DNA of 64,000 nucleotides from Strigamia acuminata (Eukaryota): NCBI GenBank assembly GCA_949358305.1, contig OX442314.1, positions 5,022,001 to 5,086,000 of the forward strand, read 5' to 3'. Shown piece by piece: positions 33,014 to 45,518 of this stretch (position 1 is its first letter; each line of letters starts with the position of its first letter). The notes under the pieces were generated by a model. It saw only the letters and a program-made list of their open reading frames with translations, ran no database searches and was not told where the DNA came from. The position numbers and the translations under genes were made by a program.

Positions 33014-35057
33014 CATACATAGTACCCGCATAGTACCATAGTGTAGTTAAAACATGCAAATCAACATCTCCTTCCTCACTATCATATGAAAACTTGCTGA
33101 AAGGTGTTAGGAGGACCCTGCCGGTGTGAATCTTCGAGCGAAAAAGCGCTGCCATAAAATAAAAGTAAAGAAATATTCGTCATCGGGTTTGGACAGCGGG
33201 AAAAAAAGAAAATGGCTGCTGACAAATCCCTCTAGCTGTGACATTTGGAAATAAAAATGATTAAGTTGTTGACAGGCTCAATTCGAAAATTTAGTGACTA
33301 TTGAGAGGATATAGTGGACAGCCACGGCTTTGAAAAAGCATTTTTTGGTGCAGTGAACAGGATGGGGAAACCGAAAGACGAATTGAGATGTGAAATTTAG
33401 CGCCAACCTGCAAGGGATTTGCGCAATTATCGTCAATTTCCGAATGACGTGCACGGGAAGAAGGGAGAAAAATTTGTGTAACTTCATTTCTGACTTGTGT
33501 AATTCTCCAACCTTCCATTTTGTGCTTGGCCGACCACACTCTAACTCCATTTGCATTCAAGATGGCAAATTGTTATTGATCGAAAAAGAAATCATTCAAA
33601 AAGAAAGAAAATAAAAATTCAGAAAAAAAGGAAAAAAGAAACCAAATCGGTTTATTTTCTTCGTCAAAACATCGCAGACCATTTTCACGTATTAATTAAT
33701 TTTTTTCTCTATTTTATTAGAATTTCACGGACGAGAAATTAATTAATTCTATACCTTGGTGACCATACGGCGGTATGGAAAACTCCCTCTAACGAGCAGA
33801 TAAGGGAAGACAACAAGCGCGATAACAAACTTGCAACTCGAGGGACCGCGACGTTGGAAATGAGAATTGACTCACTTGTGGAGCGGCGAAAGACGAAGCG
33901 GAGAAAAAGAGATGTCTCATCTTCGCACAGCGATAAAAGGTGCGAGTTAACATTCATTTAAAACGTGCCAGCTCGTCTGCACTGTTTTATAATGAAGCAA
34001 GACTGGGGAAACGTCAAAGGACGATTAATTTAAGACGACTATGTTTGTGCTGATGGAATTTTAATGAAGGAAAGATGAGTCCAGTGGCGGGGAAAAGATA
34101 AGTGTGACATTGCGTCGTATGTAGACACGATATCAGATATCGGCTTTTAGTTGGGCAACGTGTTTGCGGTGATGTCACAGTTATTCTATTGGTTATTGCT
34201 TGTGATTTTGATTTTTTGAGTGGGAATTGAGCGAGGGGTGTTCTCTGTTCAACCACGAACCGAGGATAACATGGACACGTATCTGTGAAAACTGGAGTTT
34301 TAGTTAGAGTATGGTGGGTTTGCAACAGGAGAGTTTTCAACATTGAGGGGACACTTTTATGAGGGAGTGACACTTTTATGAGGGTGTGACATGTGTCCAG
34401 ATGTGGAGAGTTTGACCTTGTTTAGCCTGATTTTAGTTTTGTAGACTCCAAATATATTAGACACAGTAAACTCGTTTTTCATCCTTAAAGCATGTTTTAT
34501 TTTGAACAGCAGCCAAACCAGCAAAAATAGTAATTATAACCAGTTTTCAAACATGCACATTACGAATTCGACCTGCGACATTTCAAAGTATCTGTGTGTT
34601 GTTCGTTGTTCTGTGACAGCAATCACGTGCCAACTACGAGTGTTTGTTACCTGTCGTTAAGCTTAGTAATCATAAAATCATCTGCTAACAGAAGTGTATG
34701 CGTGCAGACTTTTCTGTGCGTATAGACTTGACAGAAAAGCTGATCAGAATCGTCTGGTAGCAGAACATGTGCCAGTCTGTCACACCAGACTTTTTGTGGT
34801 ACTCACAGCTCTATGTAACGGAAAAGAAATGGTGAATGGCCATGAAAAAGAAACAAGATGGATGCCAATAAAAATTTTTAAGGCTACTTTTGGAGTTAGG
34901 ATGAATAGGATTGCTAGTTTGTTTTTAATTTTTAATTTTATTTATAAACTAATAATTAATTTTTATAAATAGAAAATACAGTTGTTTGCGTTTGTCGGCA
35001 GAACTGATTGCTGCCATATTATAAAAGAATTTATCAGAAATCATCATGAAATCTTGA

Positions 35058-35145
35058 GAAATCTGCCTGAAATCCAGAAATCTTCAAATCTGCCTGAAAT
35101 CCAGAAATCTTCAAATCTACCTGAAATCCAGACATCTTCAAATCC
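35058..35145. repeat. 27-bp tandem repeat AAATCTGCCTGAAATCCAGAAATCTTC x~3
   Basis: Directly visible. Confidence 0.85.
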
Positions 35146-35562
35146 ATAGCAAATCACTGAAATCTTAAGTAAATCCTTGGAAATCATACATACGAATGAT
35201 TAGCAGTGGTTGGGTAAGTCAAGTTTTGCTCTTGTTGAAATTTATGAAATTCAAAATTGATATTAGCCGCAGCTGGTGAGAAAATTGAGGACCTTTTATT
35301 TGATGACAAATTGCTCCATTAGTGATGCAAGACACTACACTTAAAAGGTGAATCTGTATATGTGCAGTGCATATTTCAAGAGAAACTGATATAAACTACT
35401 ATTGGGCATTACAATCGTGCACCCACTGTTGCCATTTATTATACAAAGGTTGTTTATTGATGCAGCACATGTTGGACATCAGAAACATTTGATCACTTTT
35501 GGTAGTTTGAATGTTATTGCTCTTAGGGCTTAAGTAAGTAGATTTGGAAATATGGAAAATAT

Positions 35563-35668
35563 GAATTTTGGAGTTTTTAGGGTTTATTTTCTTGAATTTT
35601 GGGTTTTTAGGGTTTATTTTCTTGAATTTTGGGTTTTTAGGGTTTATTTTCTTGAATTTTGGGTTTTT
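35563..35668. repeat. 30-bp tandem repeat TTTTAGGGTTTATTTTCTTGAATTTTGGGT x~3
   Basis: Directly visible. Confidence 0.85.
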
Positions 35669-36825
35669 GCGGTTATGCAACTTTTTGCGATTATGCAGTT
35701 TTTTGCGGTTTTATGCGGTTTTTGCGGTTTTGCGATATATTGCCTGCATTGTGCTTTTTTTACGGAAACCGCACCGCACTTGCCAAAAAAAAGTAACTGC
35801 ACAACCCTACTCACGGTACTAGGAATTACTTGGCGGCACATTCCCAAAGCGTCACCATGGTAAACAAGAGTGGAGGACTAACAGAAGTCTTCACCTTAGT
35901 TGTTCCTGCTTAACAGGAATCAAAGTCTTAAGTTTCCTGCCAAGGGTGGTACTCATAAAAATATTGTTTAGACTCTGAATCACCCTTGCAAGTGGAAACG
36001 AATTGTTTCCGGCCCCGATGGTGCACGGAAAAATGTAATTGTTTCAGACTCTGAATAAATTTTGTCTACCCAGAATTCCCTTGTTTTTTATCGAAAATTT
36101 GCAACTGGTCACAGCCGGTTGCAAACAAAGACACCCAACTACTACAATTGAACACGTTGTTTGTTGAAGGTTAGTAGAATTATATTTTTGCCTGCATTTC
36201 AGACAAAATAAATGCTTTTTTAATTGCAAAAAGACCAAAACTGATTTTAAAATTATTTAAGTCAGAAAAGTCGGACAAAGCTTCATTGCCATTGCCAGCC
36301 ATTTGCAAAACAAGCAACAAGCAACAAGAGTACGGAAACTTTCTGGTGACAATTTCATGAAGACCACAAATTTATCAGACTCTGAATAATAAGAGGATAA
36401 AACATTCCTCTTGAAATGGTGCTGTTGAAAAATTAAGACTGTAAAAATATTTAGACTCTGAAAGCGTATGAGTACTAGGCTTAACTCTGGGAACCAAACC
36501 AGAAGTTAGGCTTTTTATAGTCCACTCTTGCCCCATTCAGCTTATGGTACGCGTACTTTTCCCTATTGGTTAACGCGTGATGACCGGATGTTACATCACA
36601 TGATGATGTCATCGGTCATTATTCTGTAATCATCAACTCCTCTTGGCGGATGGGGTTGTACTAATGGGTCATGTGGGTGGTGTTGAGTGACCGGCAATCG
36701 GTCACAACCTGAAAATTGTCTCTAAACGTGTAATACACCAAAACAGCATAAAAATTAGAAAAAAATGTTTTGCACATAATTTATGGTATTCAGACAAAAT
36801 GTCAAGAATTTAAATCAAACAAAAT

Positions 36826-37843
36826 TTATTCTTTATCTTTGGTTGCCATTGCTAACGTTTGCTGGAAACAATCGGAAAATAACTGTCTCGTTTTAGGCGG
36901 TGCCGAAGTTTCAAACAGATGGACTAGAATAAAATAAGTGTCAAGTGACGACATTACAACAGATAGTACACAATATAAAAATATTGCAATTTACGTAAAG
37001 CTTTCGAAACCCATCCTGGTTGATGAATCTTAAGTGCCCCTTTAACTACTTTGTCCTCGCTTTCAGTACAAACTTTAAATGCATTTTTAAAAATAACATT
37101 GATAAAATAATTGTTGAGCAGTTTTTCATTGCTGCACAGTTTTTCAAACTCTTTCTAAAGACAAAAGACAAAAGTGTAGTTTTTTAATAGAAATCATGTG
37201 ATAAAATGTGGTTTAACTTTAAACATACTGATTCGAATAGTTTTTTACATGTAGGTGCAGGTGAAAAGTCATAGTCTTTGATGTCGCAAAGAGCAGGCTG
37301 AAAAATACGGAGTAGTAAATTTTGCGAAGTAATGAAGCAAAATATTAATTGAATGAATAACAAATAAATGATGTTAGTCCAATTTTTTTTTTACTGATTT
37401 TAGGTACAATGAATTGGGAAAGCCATAATTAACATCATTTATTTGTTGATGTTCTACAATTGGAAATTCGTTGTACGAAAGATGGACAGTACATAATTTT
37501 GTTGTTACTAATAATTACTTTTGATTTTATGATGGCGGTCAAACAGTTACAGCCATGCATGCTGAACTATAAAAATTAAGATTATTTTATAGTTGATTTA
37601 GTTTATGCAACTTTGTGTTTTGAATGTACTTTGCCATCATCTTGAGGATATGTCTTCTCTATGACGTTGCATAGTGCTTTGGCAATCTTATCCTTAACAT
37701 CACACTTCTTTGATAAAAGAATAGAAATAAATTATTTAATAGGATAGGATATGGTTGTTGTAGAAACTTACCTGTTTACTGTGTGCAATGGTTGTAAAAA
37801 CAACAGCCAAGATGAGAATGAAATGACAATTGCAATTGAACAT
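36826..37843 (-). CDS. Secreted Cys-rich protein, family copy A (174 aa). Exons 37843-37772, 37707-37630, 37566-37519, 37297-37229, 37154-36995, 36923-36826.
   Basis: MFNCNCHFILILAVVFTTIAHSKQ|KCDVKDKIAKALCNVIEKTYPQDDGK|FSMHGCNCLTAIIKSK|PALCDIKDYDFSPAPTCKKLFES|KEFEKLCSNEKLLNNYFINVIFKNAFKVCTESEDKVVKGALKIHQPGWVSKAL|LHLFETSAPPKTRQLFSDCFQQTLAMATKDKE*. All introns GT-AG; exon sizes match across paralogs. Confidence 0.88.
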
Positions 37844-38759
37844 TTTATGGCAAATAAAGCAACACTTGCTGAAATGTGGTGTCTCTCCTCAGTTAGTTTT
37901 TTTTTTTTTTAGTATTCATTGGATTGGGCAATAAATGAATGATTGTCATGAATCGGTTGAAAATAATATCCGCCAGCACACAGGTGCAATTCAAGGTTAT
38001 AGTGTGAGTAATGCAACAATAGAGCCGTGGTTTAAATTTGAAATCTTTGAGGTAAAAATAATTTGATGGATTATTGACAAAAATTGTCATTTTTCTTTTT
38101 CAGTTAAATACTGAATAGGCGGCAGTTTAGGCACGTTCAATTTTAAATCGAAAACCAATTCTCTCGATTTTCTCTGGCGGAAATTACACAAAAAGTGTCA
38201 TATTTTTGAGAATCGGATTATTGCAAAAATAATTCTCATAATCCACGTTTGGCGTCGATTCTTTGGATTGTGGTCGCTCAGTCTACGGTCCACCTTTGCA
38301 CTATTCTGCTTTACTTTATCATTGGTTCTTGAAGGTGATTTGTGAGAAAGACATCACTCTTGTACTTATTGTAACATTATTTCAGCATGATTAAAATGCA
38401 AATCTATTGCTAGTTTGGTTATATTTTGAAAATTGTTTATTTTTTAATCATTTATCCAACTGGGCCAAAGTTTTGTCCTGCACTGTAAAACGAGTTTTGA
38501 CGTAACGAATTATTCGTTATAACAAACAATTTTATGAAACACTCTAATACTCACAAGCCCTTGTTGTAATGAATTTTTCTATCTCCAAAATGTGATCACT
38601 TTGATTACGAGTCAAATAATTTATGACTCGTAATTTGAGGTCACCACAAACACTTAAATAGTCTCGCACTCAAAATGATTTCACTTGCAATTAGATTTTT
38701 ATTCCATTTGATTTCCACTGGGCCGCAGGAGCCCAAAGCATTTTAATCGAACAAAAATT

Positions 38760-40668
38760 TTACTGGTTTTCTTTCGCTGCCAATTCTAGCCCTTGATTGT
38801 AACAAGCGGATATTAACTGTCCAGTTTTAGATTTAAATGATTTTTTAACCAGAAGGTCTAAAATGAAACAAAACCAAGTGAAAACATAGTTACAGTTGTT
38901 ATAAATGCAATATACAGTGGACCCTCGTTATAACGAATTTTCTATAATGAAAACATAAAAATTGCTTAGTTGGCCACCATGTTAAAAAAATTTGATATAA
39001 CAAACTTTCGTTATAACAAACTAATTTTTCAGGTCCCGTGCGATTCTTTGTAACGAGGCTTGACTGTAAATATTGTAGTTTACCTAAAGTAGTGGAAACC
39101 CATCCTGGTTTATAAATTATACTGGCTGCTTCAACTATTTTGTCGTCGCTTTCGGTACACAGGTTAAACGTATTTTTAAAAAGATCATTGGTAAGATAAT
39201 CGATGACCAAGCTCTCCTTGCTGCATGCCTCTGCAAACTCTTTCTAAACATACACAGATAAAAACAGTTTTTAAACGGAAGTTATGTGATAAGTTTTAAC
39301 TTTAACATACGGATTTGAATGCTTCGCCACATTCAGGTGCAGGTGCAAAATCATAATCTTTCGCGTCGCAAAGTTTGGGCTGAAAAATTGGATGAAGTTA
39401 CAGTATTTGAATGGGTATAAATAATTTTGTCGTTAATAATAGTTACTTGTGTTTTTATTAAGGCAGTCATACAGCTACAAGCATGCTTGCTGAACTATAA
39501 AAATAAAGAATATTTTATATTTGATTAAATTAGTGGCATACCAACTGATCACTTGAGGATTTTGAAGTTTTTATTTAGGGCATTTTTGAAAAATTATGAC
39601 CAATTCTGTTGAAATATGTTCAATTTTAAACATTGAATTTTTTTCTAGCTCTTGGTCTCGGGTGCAGACGATATGCCACCGTATTTTTTACAATTTTGTG
39701 TTCTCAATGAACATAAAAAACATCCCTTAACCCTTGGAGGCATAAGGGTAAAATGTGCCGTTCTGGTATAAGGCATTACGGATTTATGGACAATTTTCAG
39801 GTCAATTAGTTAAAGCGCCATTTTATAGAGGGTGCTAGTTACGAACAATGAAAAAAAATATTTTTTTGACCAACTAGTGGTTGGTTTAAACACTACTGAT
39901 AAATGCGAAAAGCTGTTGACTGAAGCGCTCTTTCTTAGGCAGCAAAGCCAGCATAATGGGTTTGCTGAAGTTTTAAGGGGCAAAAAATTTCCATTTAGCT
40001 TAATTAATTAAATAAATGACCAATGACTTAAAATTTCACTTGAGTTAAGGTTCAGTACGATATAAACAGAATCAGAAATTTTCAAAAAAAAAAACTGAAT
40101 AGAAAAAAATTATTCTTGTTCAAGAAAGGGGTTGTCCATAAATGCGTGTAGCCTTATGTCTCCGTGGGTTAACTGCTCGAGCTTGGCCGCCAGAATGAGT
40201 ATTTTCCACTCCAACCACCAGATAGTGCAAAACACGTAGCTTTTTTGTGACGTCATAGAAAGCAAATTTTACTCCTCCGTATATCGTACATGATCGCTTT
40301 ATACCTGGCAAAAGGTTGGATTCAGTGGGTTGGATCCTGTGACGTCACAAAAAATCAACGAGTTTTTGCGTCATCTGGTGGTTGGAGTTGAAAATACTCA
40401 TTCTGGTGGCCAAGCTTGAGCAGGTAAGGGACATTTTTTATGTCCAAGGCTGTACTTTGCCATCATCATGAGGGAATGTCTTCGCTATGAGTTTGCACAG
40501 AACTTTGGCAGACTTATCCTTAATATCACATGTCTTTGAAAAACAAAATAGATATAAATTAATTATTAGGATGCGGTAGTTATAAAGACGACCTACCTGT
40601 TCATCGTGTGCAATGGTTGTGCAAACTACCAACAAGATGAGAATGAAATGACAATTGCAGTTGGCCAT
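38760..40668 (-). CDS. Secreted Cys-rich protein, family copy B (174 aa). Exons 40668-40597, 40533-40456, 39494-39447, 39379-39311, 39243-39084, 38857-38760.
   Basis: MANCNCHFILILLVVCTTIAHDEQ|TCDIKDKSAKVLCKLIAKTFPHDDGK|FSKHACSCMTALIKTQ|PKLCDAKDYDFAPAPECGEAFKS|KEFAEACSKESLVIDYLTNDLFKNTFNLCTESDDKIVEAASIIYKPGWVSTTL|DLLVKKSFKSKTGQLISACYNQGLELAAKENQ*. Confidence 0.88.
38915..39066. mobile_element. pogo/Tigger-type MITE in an intron of copy B
   Basis: TA|CAGTGGACCCTCGTTATAACG ... GTAACGAGGCTTGACTG|TA. Confidence 0.7.
39731..40168. mobile_element. piggyBac-type MITE (TTAA TSD) in an intron of copy B; inverted relative of 48810-49263
   Basis: TTAA|CCCTTGGAGGCATAAGG ... CCTTATGTCTCCGTGGG|TTAA; interior shared with 48810-49263. 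Confidence 0.8.
40173..40423. mobile_element. Palindromic MITE with long TIRs
   Basis: CTGCTCGAGCTTGGCCGCCAGAATGAGTATTTTC..CCAACCACCAGAT and its reverse complement at ~40372-40423. Confidence 0.75.
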
Positions 40669-41004
40669 ACTTTGATATGGTATAACAAACCAAGAAATAC
40701 TTGCTGCTAATGTAATGTCCCACCACTACAAGAAGGTATTTTATGTCGTTGAATATCGTAAAAAAGTTGTTGAATACATTGCACCTGTGCACGTGTGCTA
40801 TTCAAGGTTGTGGTTGTGAACAATACAAAATGGAGGCGTTGTTTATTTTAGAAATGCTGAAAAAACAAATTAATTTGATGGATTATTTTATTGATTATTT
40901 TATTATTAGATGACAGGCACCAATGGTGCCGCACCAATAACTTATGTTTATAAATTTAAATTTATAAGTTATAATAAATTTACAGAAGTTTTGGAAATGT
41001 AATA

Positions 41005-41412
41005 CTCCGTCTGTCCCAAATTATGGTATACATTTCTCTAAACAGTTCTTGAGTATCGTTGATTTCATATATTTCTAAGAGATTTTAACTGAATATCCTT
41101 CAAAATTAAGTGCACTTGCTGATTAATTGATGGCATTATATGTAATTACCGTAGTTATATCCTTCCGTTATTGCTGAGTTGCATCTTCTCAAAATGCGCT
41201 GAAATTTAAGTGGCACCTATTGTACTTAAAATCAAGTGAAAATGAATTTGAAAAATGGCGTTTCCAAAGAAAAATGACAAAATTGAAGCAATTTACTGAT
41301 AATCAGCGAAATTGTATCCTACAGCTTATGCTGAAACAAAGCAATGTTAGGAATAAGTTGAGTCGTGGGAAATAATACCCGAAATGTATACCATAATTTG
41401 GGACAGAGGGTG
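41005..41412 (+). mobile_element. Internally deleted mariner-like element with Stowaway/DD39D-type TIRs
   Basis: TA|CTCCGTCTGTCCCAAATTATGGTATACATTTC ... GAAATGTATACCATAATTTGGGACAGAGGGTG|TA; internal fragment MTKLKQFTDNQRNCILQLMLKQSNVRNKLSRG. Confidence 0.75.
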
Positions 41413-41899
41413 TAGTATTTATGTGATAGTTTGTTAGGTGCATATTAATTTTTTTTTAAAGGGGTAATTGGAATGTTTTAAAAAAAATGAAACAAAATTG
41501 TCAAATTATTTTTTTATTTAAAAATTATTAAATATAACATTTATTTTAACTATGTGCAGTCATAAACAATATTTGGGACAAGTTTAAAAATGAATTTTTA
41601 TGTGCAAAACCACAAAAATGAATCTAAATGATTGCAAAATGTTATATAAAACGTGGAAAAATATGTGTCTTGGAGATGAAAACTCCATAGGCACAACTCA
41701 TCCCAATTTGGCTGGGGTGGGTTGCAAATTAACCGTTTTGGTGCAATTATTCCTTTGTTGCACCAAAATGTACTCATTGCGCATACAGTATCTGCTGTGC
41801 AGATCCAAAGTGTGCTGGGCTCAAATTTAGGGTTTTGGCACACTCTTGAATTCACATACAACCAAACAACACACTTTGTCCCACTGTAAGTACTGACCG

Positions 41900-42191
41900 T
41901 GTTAACGTTTAGGTGATTTGGGACATTTCCTGCTATCTTTGCTATGCTTGCAAAGCCAGCGTTTTCGTGTGTATCCGCCATAGTTGATACACGCATTTCC
42001 ACTGTTATTCAGTGATCTCTGCTAACAAGCAGTGCTCTCACTCGTTGACGCCATCGAGGACGACCGTAAGCGTCTCCGGAGTCAGCCATCGCCACCCGAG
42101 TGAGTTTTTGGCAGGAAACAACGTTTTCGCCATTTTCAAGTACAACAACCATTGTACGCATTTCATTATTCATCTCTTTGTTTCTAGTCAT
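41900..42191 (-). pseudogene. Highly degenerate Tc1-like transposase N-terminal fragment
   Basis: MTRNKEMNNEMRTMVVVL...GRPR motif, broken by frameshifts. Confidence 0.4.
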
Positions 42192-42680
42192 TTTTAGTAT
42201 AGCTTGTTAATTATTGTATCTTAACGGAATAAAACATTAACTGTGATATTATACTTACCTTGTATTCATTTTATCCCTAGACATTATTAACCATTTTATT
42301 TCAGAGACTAAGTCTGTTTACAGCATCTCAACAGTGTTTATACCCAGATCACTGCAATTTACACAATTTGTTGGAGATTTATGGATCACAATGTTTGAAG
42401 GCGACACTAGTAGCGTGCATGACGCTGTGTCCTAAATATTAGCACCACAAATACTTAATCCTTATTGTATATTTAAGCTGTATTTGTGAGCGGGCCTTGA
42501 GATTTCGACTTCCTAGAGGCCTCCACAGGGTTTAATTCGGCTTTGACCTACATCAAGGTCAATTAAAATCCAGTTGACATGAATTCTCCTGAGTGGCCCG
42601 ACAATTAAACAGTCTGACACTCAAAACGATTACACATGATCTTTATTTCATTTGATTTCTATTGGGCCACAGATAAAAAT

Positions 42681-43819
42681 TTACTCTTTATTTTCGGATG
42701 CCAATTCCAACACTTGATGGTAACAATCGGACATTGTCTGTCCCATTTTAGATTTAAATGATTGTAAAATCACATGATCTAAAATGAAATAAGAAGCAAG
42801 TGAGGACACTAACAGACCATACACAATACATTTACCTATAGCATTTGAAACCCATCCTGGTTGATAAATTACACGTGCTGCTTGAACGACTTTGTCTTCA
42901 CTTTCGGTACAAAGATTAAACACTTTTCCTAAAAGATTATTGGTAAGAAATGTGATGAACAAGTTGTCCTTGCTGCTTATTTTTGCAAACTCTTTCTAAA
43001 TATGGTAAAAGTTAAAAATAGTTTTTAAACAGAAATAAAAAGCGATTTAACTTTAACATACTGATTTGAATACTTGTCCACATTTAGGTGCAGGTGAAAA
43101 GTCATAATCTTTTGCGTCGCAAAGGGCGGGCTGAAAAATTGGATGAAGTTATGAATGGGTATAAATAATTTTGTCGTTAGCAATAGTTACTTGTGTTTTT
43201 ATTAAGGCGGTTAAACAGCTACAGCAATACTTGCTGAACTATAAAGATTAAGATAATTTTATTTACATACATTCGAGCATCGTTATATATAACGAATTGC
43301 AAGGGACTCGTAAAATTTGTTTGTTATAACGAAAGTTCGATTTTTCAAAAATTTTATGACGCAGAAGTCTATGCATCTAATTCAATAATTAATATTTTTT
43401 GATTTATTTAAGTTTAATGTGTTAATTTTAAGATTAATATTATAAAGTGTGATATTAGAACCGGATTGTAAAGTAATAATGAAAGGAACACTCATATTGA
43501 ATCATAATGAATCATGAACAATGAACAATGACTAATGAACGATAACGGTCAGCTGACAAGTGACGGAAAACTGTCACTGCAGAGGACAGTTGTGCTCTGA
43601 ATGTACTTTGCCATTGTCTTGAGGGAATGTCTTCTCTATGACTTTGCACATTGCTTTGGCAGACTTATCCTTGATATCACATGTCTTTGAAAAACAGAAT
43701 AGGAATAAATTATTTAATAGAAAGTGGTAGTTATAAGGTCAACTTACCTGCTCATCAGTTGCAGTTGGTGTGCAGACAACAGTCAAGATGAGAATGAAAT
43801 GAAAATTAAAGTTGAACAT
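42681..43819 (-). CDS. Secreted Cys-rich protein, family copy C (174 aa). Exons 43819-43748, 43684-43607, 43238-43191, 43130-43062, 42995-42836, 42778-42681.
   Basis: MFNFNFHFILILTVVCTPTATDEQ|TCDIKDKSAKAMCKVIEKTFPQDNGK|FSKYCCSCLTALIKTQ|PALCDAKDYDFSPAPKCGQVFKS|KEFAKISSKDNLFITFLTNNLLGKVFNLCTESEDKVVQAARVIYQPGWVSNAI|DHVILQSFKSKMGQTMSDCYHQVLELASENKE*. Confidence 0.88.
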
Positions 43820-44550
43820 TCTTCTATGTGCTAATGACTAAGAAATACTTGCTGCAAGTTTAGTAGTATCCCACCACTACAGTAATGTGTTTGCATATGA
43901 ATTGCATTAGGTGGTAAATATAGGATGAATTAATGTCATAAATAAATGAAAATGATAAAGCACTTGCACACATGTTCAATTCAAGGTTGTAAAGTGAATG
44001 CACTTATATCCTTTGTATTTTTTTAGCGAAGTACTGAACAAACACAACTGTAGAGATGTTGTATTTAGAGAATAGTGCACTAAAATTATTTTTTGCAAAC
44101 TGATGTAAAATTTTATGTAAAGTTTTATGCAAAATTTTTTTTCTTTCTTTTTGTCTGTTTAATAGTTCATTTTTGAAAAATTTAATGCACCGGTTGATGA
44201 AAGGAAGATCGTCTTGCTTAAAAATGGGTCGGGATGCTAAAAAGTTTGGGAACCCCTATCTTAGGGCTTCCCTGCTACAATTTATGATGATTTATGCAAG
44301 AATCCCTTTTTTAAGAATTCCTTTGGGATTCAAATTGGTATAATTACTGTAGGTCACCAGCAAATGATACATCGAACCTTTTGCTACAAACTACCATTGG
44401 TCATACGTTGTGGTGACCCAGATGGATAGATGTCCCCCCGAGCGGACGTTTCTCCTCTGAGTCACTGAAGTAAGCGGGTCGTTCCCCTCGTGTTGGCTCC
44501 GTGTATTATAAGGTGTAAAGCCACTTGAATAAACCTTTTGTTCATTTATA

Positions 44551-45314
44551 CAGGGTGGACAAAAAGTATGGTTCACAGTAAATAATTCCCAAACTGTTCT
44601 AGATGTTGATTCAGCAAAATTATTGTAAGGGTAGAATGTCGAGGGAAATCCAATTATGATATCCAATTTGACCTCCGAGGTCATCCTCAAGGTCATCCAT
44701 ATTGTAACTCGAGAACCGTGACAGATAGAGCAAAAAGGTGAATTAGAAAGTTGTAGAGCATCATCCAATTAGTCTAGAACCGTTCTGAAAAAAATTATTG
44801 CTTACTGAAAAGTTTTGAGAAAAAAGGTCTGAAAAATTAGTCTACTCAGCATTGTAACCTAAAACTATCATGTTGGAATGTATTTCCAAAATAATTTATT
44901 TCTTTTTGTTTGTGTTTCCTCTCTTCCACTTACAAGTATGACCGAATAAAGTGTCCTAATTGAGGATTAGCTTGGTTGCCTCAATAGTTTTAGGTTACAA
45001 AGCTGAGTTACAATGCTGAGTAGACTAATGTTTCAGACCTTTTTTCTCAAAACTTTTCAGTAAGAAATAATTTTTTTCAGAACGGTTCTTGACTAATTGG
45101 ATGATGCTCTACAACTTTCTGATTCACCTTTTTGCTCTATCTGTCACGGTTCTCGAGTTACAAGATGGATGACCTTGAATATGACCTCTGAGATCAAGTT
45201 CGATGTCATAATTGGATTTCCCCCAAAAAATTACCCTTACAATCATTTTGCTAAATCAACAACTAAAACAGTTTGGGAATTATTTACTGTGAACCATACT
45301 TTTTGTCCACCCTG
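44551..45314. mobile_element. Tc1/mariner-type MITE with ~300-bp TIRs
   Basis: TA|CAGGGTGGACAAAAAGTATGGTTCACAGT... and its mirror end ...TTTTTGTCCACCCTG|TA; explains the mirrored ORFs 44391-44768 and 45097-45324. Confidence 0.92.
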
Positions 45315-45518
45315 TATACATTGAGAATTTATTTGGGTATTAATTAATTGATCACATGTAAAGTAAACCACGTTAGCAGGACTTAAATAGTATTTAAACC
45401 TATACGAAGTAGGATGCGACAACGTATACTCAGTTGTTAAATGGCAACCAGTCAAAACGATTCCAATTACTCGTAAATCTTTATTTCATTTGATTTCCAT
45501 TGGGCCACAGCATTTTAA

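Noticed and set aside
35870..36530. Possible transposase fragment (CLKC..GCLC) with repeated GACTCTGAA
   Set aside because: Too degenerate to assign a family or boundaries.
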